Both the position numbers and the translations under genes were made by a program. The notes beneath the pieces are model-generated. The model had not been told where the DNA came from, did no database searches, and was given only the letters and a program-made list of their open reading frames with translations. DNA of 33,948 bases, from IMG/VR virus record IMGVR_UViG_3300027021_000015, positions 1 through 33,948 of that record; one strand, given 5' to 3'. This document shows, piece by piece, positions 27,426 through 33,948 of this stretch. The stretch is from a virus (lineage: Duplodnaviria; Caudoviricetes). Numbering within the stretch: the stretch's first letter is position 1; the number at the start of each line of letters is the position of its first letter.

Positions 27426-27524
27426 TAAGCAGAGCACTTATAGCTCTCTAAAACATCAAATTTAAAAAGCTTGCATTTTGCGTGTTCCCTGTCAAAGAAG
27501 TCGCAATTTACGCAGGCTTTTTTT
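27426..27524 (+). ncRNA. Putative ~100-nt antisense RNA
   Basis: Follows the promoter; ends in long stem AAGCTTGC/GCAGGCTT plus TTGCG/CGCAA and a T run; no RBS-supported ORF. Confidence 0.55.
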
Positions 27525-27639
27525 CTTGCGGTAAAACCGCAATCGCCTTTCCATCGTTACACTCTATTGTGTAACCTTCTTTTGTCATTTTTAATACATC
27601 CTCAATCCTCTTGGTCGTTACTGTTATCCTTTTGTTCAT
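27508..27639 (-). CDS. 43-aa small protein / possible leader peptide (not in ORF track)
   Basis: AAAGGAGG RBS; MNKRITVTTKRIEDVLKMTKEGYTIECNDGKAIAVLPQEKKPA. Confidence 0.7.
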   Translation of the reverse strand: MNKRITVTTKRIEDVLKMTKEGYTIECNDGKAIAVLPQEKKPA

Positions 27640-28177
27640 TCTTCTTTTCCTCCTTTAGTAAATAAGCTATCTCGCATTGTTCTGCGAATTCTCGCATGTT
27701 TCGAACAAATCCTTCGTTAACCATCGTTGATGGCATAATGAGTCCATTAATAAACAATCCATCTTTAGCTACAATATATATTTGTCCTGCTTCTGTTTTT
27801 CTTTCAAAGAATTCAAGATAGTCGGTATCTTGCAGCGGTTTTAAGTAGCGCTCATGTATGAACGTTATTCCTTCCGATGTTTTTAAAGCCTGCATGTTCT
27901 TTAGATGCGCCCATGTTTTAGTTATTTCTTTTTCTTCTGTCCCATAATCTTCAATGTCATATTCTTCATTCATTAGTTTTACTGTGCATGTGAATTTATT
28001 CGCCTTTTCTTCTGGAATGTTAAGTATGGTCATAACCGTCTTTTCATTTACTTTTGGCATTTTAAGCAACGGATAGCATGCGTAGCCATCCGAAATCCAT
28101 TGTTGACCAGTGTCCGTTTCTAAAATATTTATGATTTTGCTTGATTTGCATAACGCTTCTATATGTTTTAGTAGCAT
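27602..28177 (-). CDS. Hypothetical phage protein
   Basis: 191 aa; GQQWISDGYACYPL motif; overlaps antirepressor stop. Confidence 0.8.
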   Translation of the reverse strand: MLLKHIEALCKSSKIINILETDTGQQWISDGYACYPLLKMPKVNEKTVMTILNIPEEKANKFTCTVKLMNEEYDIEDYGTEEKEITKTWAHLKNMQALKTSEGITFIHERYLKPLQDTDYLEFFERKTEAGQIYIVAKDGLFINGLIMPSTMVNEGFVRNMREFAEQCEIAYLLKEEKKNEQKDNSNDQED

Positions 28178-28938
28178 TCTCTAACCTCCTGATCATTGAA
28201 CTTGTTGACAAAGTATACTTGTCCTTTCCCGGTAACCTTGGTTGTCTTATTAATTGTTGTATGGCCATCTGAGTGCGTCACTGTTGATTCTTTAATTTTA
28301 AATAAACCCAAGTCCATGCTACGTTGTGTCGGCATGTTGTAGTCTGTTCCTTTTCTGCTAATCAGGTATCCATTCTTGCGCATCCAATCGAATAATCTAT
28401 TCTGACCAATGTCGTGTCCGTTTTGCTTTAGTATCTTTGCCAGTTCTCCAATCAGGATATTGCTTTTGCTTGCCATTACTGATTCAGCAAAGAAAGCTTT
28501 TGGTTTCATTGCTCGGTTTTCTTGTTCTAATCGAATACGCTGTTCTTTTTCCTTTTTATATTCCGTTAGCGTTTTGATTAGTACGTCAGGATCGCCAAGA
28601 AGCGTTTCAGCTGACATATACATACCATGCTTTCTAATATCTGGAAGCACTTCGGATGTTACCCAACGTTTAAACTTTTTTGCTGATGGAAGTTTGCTCG
28701 ATAAAATTAATGAGTAAAGGCCTGATTCATTGATGGTTACCACTGTTTGTATTCCACCAGGTGTCTGTATTTCTCCGACCCCTTTATCTTCTTCTTCAAC
28801 GTGAACTCTGATCGCATCGGCTGTTCTTTTATACTCAAGTGCACCTGCGATATCTTTTGCTACCCACCAAATTGTATCGTTAATTGTTAGCGTTCTTATT
28901 TTTCTGTTTTCAAAGTTAAATATTTTTAAATTGTTCAT
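28168..28938 (-). CDS. ant: Phage antirepressor, BRO-N plus KilA-C/ANT domains (start revised to MNNLKIF)
   Basis: INESGLYSLILSSKLPSAKKFKRWVTSEVLP, IGQNRLF.WMR and KVTGKGQVYF. Confidence 0.95.
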   Translation of the reverse strand: MNNLKIFNFENRKIRTLTINDTIWWVAKDIAGALEYKRTADAIRVHVEEEDKGVGEIQTPGGIQTVVTINESGLYSLILSSKLPSAKKFKRWVTSEVLPDIRKHGMYMSAETLLGDPDVLIKTLTEYKKEKEQRIRLEQENRAMKPKAFFAESVMASKSNILIGELAKILKQNGHDIGQNRLFDWMRKNGYLISRKGTDYNMPTQRSMDLGLFKIKESTVTHSDGHTTINKTTKVTGKGQVYFVNKFNDQEVRECY

Positions 28939-28973
28939 TTCTTCCCTTCTTTCTATGTTTCTCCTGCTCATTT

Positions 28974-28982
28974 TGATATAAT
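28974..28982 (+). promoter_or_regulatory. Extended -10 promoter of moron 1
   Basis: TGaTATAAT followed by GAGGGGGTG RBS. Confidence 0.55.
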
Positions 28983-29005
28983 CACATTAGAGAGGGGGTG
29001 AATGT

Positions 29006-29383
29006 GTGAGACTCAATCATGAATTAATTAGGAACTTGCTTCTACTATTTGAAGAAATTAAATATGAAAGTTGTATGCTTGTTGAGGACCATTTAAATTC
29101 TGATTTTATTTCCAAATATTCTAAAGATGAAGTTATGTATCATGTAAGTCAGATGTCTATGGCTGATTTAATCGTTGCCGATCTTAGGGTTGAAGATTCC
29201 ATTACCGTTTTTGATTTAACTCCGCGTGGTCATGAGTTTATGGAAAATATAAGAAACGACAAAATGTGGAATAATACCAAAAAGATAGCTTCAAAGATTG
29301 GATCAAGATCATTAACATCGCTTGAAAATATCGCAAGTCAAATTGTTGTTCAGTTAATTAAGCAACAAATGAATCTAAGTTAA
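29006..29383 (+). CDS. DUF2513-like winged-helix protein (moron)
   Basis: MRLNHELIRNLLL, YHV.Q...A.LI and DLTPRGHEFMENIR...W motifs. Confidence 0.85.
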   Translation: MRLNHELIRNLLLLFEEIKYESCMLVEDHLNSDFISKYSKDEVMYHVSQMSMADLIVADLRVEDSITVFDLTPRGHEFMENIRNDKMWNNTKKIASKIGSRSLTSLENIASQIVVQLIKQQMNLS

Positions 29384-29565
29384 TGGAACGTTCTTTTGAT
29401 TGATTCCATTGCCAACTTCGTAATTTCTTCCGGGGTTGGCCTTTTTTCTGCTTTTACTCCTTTTTCTATTGTGAAGATTAATGCTCTTGATATATGAAAC
29501 CACCAAAACCATTTAGATAATGAATACAGCAGGATTATTGCTAAGACTATATTTATAATTGTCAT
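29380..29565 (-). CDS. Small membrane protein
   Basis: 61 aa with N-terminal hydrophobic helix. Confidence 0.65.
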   Translation of the reverse strand: MTIINIVLAIILLYSLSKWFWWFHISRALIFTIEKGVKAEKRPTPEEITKLAMESIKRTFH

Positions 29566-29684
29566 CTGTTCTTCCCTTCTTTCTTTGATTTACATTTTGG
29601 ACAGACATAGGATTTAAGATGCTTTTTCCTTTTCTTTATACTTATATTCCACATTTTTCCACATGTTGTGCATCTAGCTGTCAT
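29562..29684 (-). CDS. 40-aa zinc-ribbon microprotein (not in ORF track)
   Basis: MTARCTTCGKMWNIS...YVCPKCK; GGAGGT RBS; ATGA overlaps at both ends. Confidence 0.8.
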   Translation of the reverse strand: MTARCTTCGKMWNISIKKRKKHLKSYVCPKCKSKKEGKNR

Positions 29685-29971
29685 TTATTACCTCCGTTGT
29701 TTGATTCTCTCCCTTGTGGTAATATTAGTTCTACTTCAAAAAGAGTGCAGTTGCAGCTGTGCTCTTTTTCGATTTTCCTTATAGTTTCAACGGCTTTATT
29801 GATTTCTGCAAAGCTTGTTACTTGTGCTTTTACTCTTGTTTCCATTTCATTTACCGTTTCTTCTGTCGTTAAGCCTTTGCTGTCATTTTCGAAATTTTCT
29901 TGAAGTCGTCTTACGACTTCTTTTTTCTGTTCTTTTGTGAGTTCAATGCCTTTTATTTCAATATCTGCCAT
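29681..29971 (-). CDS. Hypothetical protein
   Basis: 96 aa with AAAGGA RBS. Confidence 0.65.
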   Translation of the reverse strand: MADIEIKGIELTKEQKKEVVRRLQENFENDSKGLTTEETVNEMETRVKAQVTSFAEINKAVETIRKIEKEHSCNCTLFEVELILPQGRESNNGGNK

Positions 29972-30021
29972 CTTATTTTTCCTTTCTTGTACATGTGTTT
30001 CTTTAGTTCTTTTTCTAATTG

Positions 30022-30030
30022 TGGTATAAT
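30022..30030 (+). promoter_or_regulatory. Extended -10 promoter of moron 2
   Basis: TGgTATAAT followed by AAGGAGG RBS. Confidence 0.6.
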
Positions 30031-30057
30031 TTGTTAAACTATTTAAGGAGGATCACT

Positions 30058-30384
30058 ATGAAGCATATTAGTTATAACTTTTCTAAAGTTGATATTGATG
30101 TAATTCTTTTTTCCCTTTCAATTCTTCCCTCACTTGGGATTGAAGAAACGGAAGCACAGGCAATGATTAATGCACAATGCTGTATATCTGCTGGTGAAAA
30201 ACTTATTAAGCGTAATACCAACCTCACACCTAACGAAACTCGTGTTATATTTGCTTCTCTTCAAGCAGCTCAACTTATCAACCAGGGAGATTTTGATGTC
30301 GACTCAGAGATAAAAGCAGAATGTAGCGGCTATCTCTTCTCTATTAATAAACTAGTCGCTGCATTTGAGAAGCAATTTTCATAA
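30058..30384 (+). CDS. Hypothetical protein (moron; start revised to MKHISY)
   Basis: AAGGAGG RBS before ATG at 30058. Confidence 0.8.
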   Translation: MKHISYNFSKVDIDVILFSLSILPSLGIEETEAQAMINAQCCISAGEKLIKRNTNLTPNETRVIFASLQAAQLINQGDFDVDSEIKAECSGYLFSINKLVAAFEKQFS

Positions 30385-30488
30385 CTTATTGAAATTTTGA
30401 ATTTTTCTTCTGAATAATTGCTGTTTATGAGCTCTTTTAGCTTTTTTACTTCTTTTGTTTCTTGATTCCTATGAAAACCGATTAACAT
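30330..30488 (-). CDS. 52-aa hypothetical protein (not in ORF track)
   Basis: AGGAGG RBS; MLIGFHRNQE...LIEKR; 3' end overlaps the convergent moron. Confidence 0.55.
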   Translation of the reverse strand: MLIGFHRNQETKEVKKLKELINSNYSEEKFKISISYENCFSNAATSLLIEKR

Positions 30489-30518
30489 TTTATTTTCCTC
30501 CTAAAATTTAATGATTTA

Positions 30519-30547
30519 TTGATTAATCTTGTCTTTTCCTCTAAAAT
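30519..30547 (+). promoter_or_regulatory. Sigma-A promoter of moron 3
   Basis: TTGATT, 17-nt spacer, TAAAAT; followed by hairpin TCAGCA-CTGGCA-TGCTGA. Confidence 0.55.
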
Positions 30548-30601
30548 TGTTATATCAGCACTGGCATGCTGAAATATCTAGTGAGAGGGGGTGTGTGAAT
30601 T

Positions 30602-30925
30602 ATGGGTTTTAAATCAAAAGGCTTTGATGAACTTAATAAAACTATAAGTCAGGTTAAAAAAGATGCTGATGAGTTAGTTCAAACTAAACATGTCGGTTTT
30701 GATGAACTATTCCCCGAAAAATTTATGAATCAGTATACTGAATTTACTAGTTTTGATAATTTTCTTGAAGCTGGAAACTTTATTGTCAATTCTGACGAAG
30801 ATTTTGAAGCTATTCCTGATATTGAACTTGACAAACATATTTTAAGTACTACAAATTTTTCATCTTGGGAAGACATGTTATCTAAAGCCACTGAAATCTA
30901 TGCACTAAACAAATTAGGTCTTTAA
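30602..30925 (+). CDS. Acidic hypothetical protein (moron)
   Basis: 107 aa; FDELFP..FM..YT and TNFSSWEDML; GAGGGGGTG RBS. Confidence 0.8.
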   Translation: MGFKSKGFDELNKTISQVKKDADELVQTKHVGFDELFPEKFMNQYTEFTSFDNFLEAGNFIVNSDEDFEAIPDIELDKHILSTTNFSSWEDMLSKATEIYALNKLGL

Positions 30926-31080
30926 TTTGTTTTTAAACCGACTTCTATTTTATCTATGTCACTAGTTATCTTAGTAAGTCGGTTTAAAGCTATATTCAGA
31001 TCATCAACAGCTCCAATAAATTCTTCGAGCAATTCTTTTTCCTTGATAGTTATATCTAATTTAATTGTTCGTTTTGCCAT
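30922..31080 (-). CDS. 52-aa hypothetical protein (not in ORF track)
   Basis: AGGAGG RBS; MAKRTIKLDITIK...GLKTN. Confidence 0.65.
   Translation of the reverse strand: MAKRTIKLDITIKEKELLEEFIGAVDDLNIALNRLTKITSDIDKIEVGLKTN
30932..30988. repeat. Perfect 13-bp inverted repeat
   Basis: TTTAAACCGACTT (30932-30944) and AAGTCGGTTTAAA (30976-30988). Confidence 0.8.
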
Positions 31081-31091
31081 CTGCTTTCCTC

Positions 31092-31277
31092 CTATACTGC
31101 CGCTTGATTTAATTTGTTTTTCATTATGTCCACATACACTCTATAAAACTCACTATCTGCAGGAATCACCTTCCCTTCTATGCTGTCTACTCGTGTTCCA
31201 TCTGCTAAGATGTGTATTATTTTATAGTTTGGTATCTTGTTCTTTTTTTTCACGGTTTTTACCCCCTTACGATGCAT
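31092..31277 (-). CDS. Small phage protein following cro
   Basis: IIHILADGTRVDSIEGKVIP motif. Confidence 0.7.
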   Translation of the reverse strand: MHRKGVKTVKKKNKIPNYKIIHILADGTRVDSIEGKVIPADSEFYRVYVDIMKNKLNQAAV

Positions 31278-31500
31278 CTCTATGCTTTTTTTGTTCGTTT
31301 TTTTGAAACAAATCTTCTATTAATTCATCTTTGAAAAATTCATTTCTGATTGCGAAACTTTCGTCTAATGTAAAAGGATATTTCCCGTTTATTTTGTCAC
31401 TAATTGTCGCTTCTCTCTTATTTAAGAATTCTGCCATGTCTTTATTTGTAATTTTTCTGTCTTTCATTTTATCTTTTAATACTTGATACATTCTTTTCAC
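31267..31500 (-). CDS. cro: Cro-like XRE HTH regulator
   Basis: ITNKDMAEFLN...TISDKINGK..FTLDE; divergent from repressor. Confidence 0.88.
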   Translation of the reverse strand: MKRMYQVLKDKMKDRKITNKDMAEFLNKREATISDKINGKYPFTLDESFAIRNEFFKDELIEDLFQKNEQKKHRDAS

Positions 31501-31506
31501 CTCCGA

Positions 31507-31644
31507 TACTCAATTTCGTATTGTGTTTATAATGATATACTCATTTTCGTATTTTGTCAATAATATATTTACTCAATTTCGTATTCTCCTATTTACAACG
31601 GCTCATTTTTGTACTATAATGGTTTTATTACGATATTTCGTATT
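31507..31644. promoter_or_regulatory. Lysis/lysogeny switch: five operators and divergent promoters
   Basis: TACTCAWTTTCGTATT-like boxes at 31507, 31538, 31570, 31600, 31629; leftward TTGACA-17-TATCAT (31560-31532); rightward TTTACA-17-TATAAT (31592-31620). Confidence 0.88.
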
Positions 31645-31658
31645 AAAGGCGGTGAATT

Positions 31659-32051
31659 ATGAATAAAACAGATTATATAAGAAGATTAATTAATGAGAAT
31701 TCGAAAACCTTGAAAGAATTTTCAGAAAAAGCAGGAGTACCATATACAACTCTTCATTCAATACTTAATCGAGGCATCGGAAATGCATCGGTTGATAATG
31801 TAATAAAAATTTGTAAAGCTTTAGGTATTAGCGTTGATTCTTTGGATAATCTTTACGAATTTTCAAATGAACGTTCTCATCTCGTAGCTGAACCAAGTAC
31901 AGAATATTCAACAGAAAATAAAATCTACGATTTAGCTGCTCATGGAGTTGGTCATAGCGAAAACTTGTCTGATGAAGAACGAGAAGATGTTAAACTTGCA
32001 ATTCAGATTGCTCTGGCCAAACATAAAAAGACTGATAAGGATGATCTCTAA
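31659..32051 (+). CDS. cI: CI/ImmR-like XRE repressor (no S24 autoprotease domain)
   Basis: LKEFSEKAGVPYTTLHSIL...NVIKICKALGI HTH; C-terminal LAAH motif. Confidence 0.9.
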   Translation: MNKTDYIRRLINENSKTLKEFSEKAGVPYTTLHSILNRGIGNASVDNVIKICKALGISVDSLDNLYEFSNERSHLVAEPSTEYSTENKIYDLAAHGVGHSENLSDEEREDVKLAIQIALAKHKKTDKDDL

Positions 32052-32521
32052 TGGGGTACGAAAGATTAATAGGCGAATATTCAAGTGAATTGATTATCGA
32101 CGAGGCAGAACTAAAAAACTTAAAAGGTATTTATGCAAGAACAAGCTCTGGAAATGTGATCTTGATACATAAGAAAATGACGCAAATAGAAAAACGATGT
32201 GTGTTGGCCGAGGAAATCGGTCATCACTACACCGTTGTTGGGGACATAACAGATCAAAGCAATATTGTTAATATTAAATTAGAAAATAAAGGTCGCGCTT
32301 GGGCGTATGAAGAGCTAATTCCACTAATTAAAATAGTAAAGGGATACTTAGCTCGCTGCTCTAATAGATTTGAACTTGCCGACTATTTAAATGTCACCGA
32401 AGCCTTTCTTACCGAAGCCGTTGCTTATTACAAGCGCAAATTAGGACCTTATTATCGAATCGATAACTATTTGATTAAATTTGAGCCCCTTGGGGTTTTT
32501 GAATATTTTGAAGGGAAGTGA
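32051..32521 (+). CDS. immA: ImmA/IrrE family metallo-endopeptidase
   Basis: CVLAEEIGHHYT and ELADYLNVTE motifs; between repressor and integrase. Confidence 0.9.
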   Translation: MGYERLIGEYSSELIIDEAELKNLKGIYARTSSGNVILIHKKMTQIEKRCVLAEEIGHHYTVVGDITDQSNIVNIKLENKGRAWAYEELIPLIKIVKGYLARCSNRFELADYLNVTEAFLTEAVAYYKRKLGPYYRIDNYLIKFEPLGVFEYFEGK

Positions 32522-32526
32522 TTTGC

Positions 32527-33948
32527 ATGAAAAAGCAAGTAGCGATTTATATTCGCGTAAGTACGCAAGAGCAGGCAAATGAAGGGTTTTCCATTGCCGC
32601 TCAAAAAGAACGTTTAATCAGCTACTGCAATGCAAGAGATTGGTTGATTTATGATGTCTATATAGATCCTGGCTTTTCAGGTTCAAATCTTGACCGTCCA
32701 GGAATTCAGTCTTTGCTTAAAAACGTTGGTAACTTTGATACTATATTGGTCTATAAGTTAGATAGACTCTCGAGATCGCAAAAAGATACTTTGTATTTAA
32801 TAGAAGATGTATTTTTAAAGAATAATGTTGATTTTGTTTCCATTAACGAGTCTTTTGATACATCTTCTCCTTTTGGTAGAGCGATGATTGGTATTCTTTC
32901 CGTTTTCGCCCAACTTGAGCGTGAACAAATAAAAGAAAGGTCTTTGATGGGTAGAATAGAGCGTGCTAAAGCCGGTCTATACCATGGTGGTTGGAATACA
33001 CCTACTGGATATCGTTACATTAAGGATGATGACGCTTTAGTTATCGACGAATATGAGGCGCAACAAGTTAAACTTATTTTCAATATGTATATGAATGGAA
33101 AAAGTATGACTGAAATTCGTAGGCATATGCATCAAACTGGTTATGCTACCAAGTATGGTAATTACGAGCATGTCAAAACTGTTCGAAATATTTTAGGTTC
33201 TGCTGTATATACTGGGAAAATCAAATTTAGAGATGAGTATTTTGATGGTCAACATGAAGCAATCATTGATGATGAGACTTTTGCTATTGTCCAAAAAAGA
33301 TTACAAAAAAGAAGTGAATTAAGTTTTAAGCGAAGAGAATCCAGGGGTCTGCTCGTTGGTTCTATTTGGTGCGGAAAATGCGGCGCTAGATATCATCTCA
33401 AGTATAATAATGGTGGTTATAAGTATTACACTTGTTACACTCGATCTGGTGGACATAAACGTATGGTTAGGGCTGATTTGTGCGATAATAAAATATGGCA
33501 TCTGCATGAAATTGAGCCAATCGTAGAAAATGAAATTTTGAAACTTTCATCTAGTCGAGAATCATTGAATAGTTTGTTTGACTCTGAGGTTAATGATTCC
33601 GATAACGCAAGGCAGCGCAAATTATTATCTGGTCGCATTTCTAAAATTGATAGGCAAATTTCAAAACTTATGGATTTATATAGCTTAGATTCCTTGCCTT
33701 TCGAATCGCTCACAACTAAGATCAATGCATTGCATTTGGAAAAAAAATCTCTTGAAGAAGAGATTAGAAAATATGAAATTAAACAATACTCGGAAATAGA
33801 AATATCAAATGCTTGGAATTTACTAGAAGGATTAGAAGATAAGTGGACCGAACTGGAAATCTCTGAAAAGCGCAGAATTCTTCAAAGTTTAGTCAATCGT
33901 ATTTTGATTAATGGGGAAGAAATTACAATTGAGTGGTCTTTTTTATGA
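32527..33948 (+). CDS. int: Large serine recombinase (integrase)
   Basis: YIRVST catalytic Ser, DRLSRS, FAQLERE, recombinase domain, CGKCG zinc ribbon and coiled coil; ATG at 32527 after GGGAAG. Confidence 0.96.
   Translation: MKKQVAIYIRVSTQEQANEGFSIAAQKERLISYCNARDWLIYDVYIDPGFSGSNLDRPGIQSLLKNVGNFDTILVYKLDRLSRSQKDTLYLIEDVFLKNNVDFVSINESFDTSSPFGRAMIGILSVFAQLEREQIKERSLMGRIERAKAGLYHGGWNTPTGYRYIKDDDALVIDEYEAQQVKLIFNMYMNGKSMTEIRRHMHQTGYATKYGNYEHVKTVRNILGSAVYTGKIKFRDEYFDGQHEAIIDDETFAIVQKRLQKRSELSFKRRESRGLLVGSIWCGKCGARYHLKYNNGGYKYYTCYTRSGGHKRMVRADLCDNKIWHLHEIEPIVENEILKLSSSRESLNSLFDSEVNDSDNARQRKLLSGRISKIDRQISKLMDLYSLDSLPFESLTTKINALHLEKKSLEEEIRKYEIKQYSEIEISNAWNLLEGLEDKWTELEISEKRRILQSLVNRILINGEEITIEWSFL

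Larger units (their letters stand above)
1..33948. mobile_element. Temperate prophage with contractile tail and HK97-type head; partial (lysis module and att sites outside window)
   Basis: Complete syntenic order of integrase, immunity, early, packaging, head, neck, sheath/tube, baseplate and fibre genes; no host genes seen. Confidence 0.97.

Noticed and set aside
288-28717. Numerous + strand ORFs in the track (e.g. 2722-3246, 12717-13118, 15954-16481, 27471-27665)
   Set aside because: Antisense shadows of well-supported minus-strand genes with no RBS or recognisable motifs
31507-31644. CRISPR-like array
   Set aside because: 16-bp degenerate repeats with ~15-bp gaps overlapping promoters between cI and cro are operators; no cas genes
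33900-33948. att site next to integrase
   Set aside because: Window ends at the integrase stop codon, so the attachment site cannot be seen

Overview
The whole window is most of an AT-rich temperate prophage of a Bacillota (probably clostridial) host, with a contractile tail. Right to left it holds: a large serine integrase, an ImmA-like protease and a CI/Cro switch with five phased operators; an early operon interrupted by three opposite-strand morons; an antirepressor; an unusual replication module; a C5 methyltransferase; an array of small hypothetical genes; an ArpU/RinA-like late activator; HNH, TerS, TerL, portal, ClpP protease and HK97 capsid; neck genes; and a PBSX/Xkd-type sheath, tube, baseplate and tail fibre. 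Lysis genes and att sites are not in the window. The best candidate for an undescribed system is at 25.5-27.65 kb. I recognise no helicase, loader, primase, SSB or recombinase. Instead there is an HUH rolling-circle Rep followed by an RNase HI homologue that has lost catalytic residues. Upstream is a highly structured leader with a candidate nick site, a 43-aa leader ORF and a promoter/terminator-defined ~100-nt antisense RNA, resembling plasmid-type copy control. Also notable are a gene-cassette array (20.3-22.75 kb) whose junctions share a GGAGAGTGAA motif, a likely multispecific methyltransferase with a GC-rich structured leader, and a -1 frameshift in the tail chaperone. All family assignments come from motif recognition and synteny; no searches were run.
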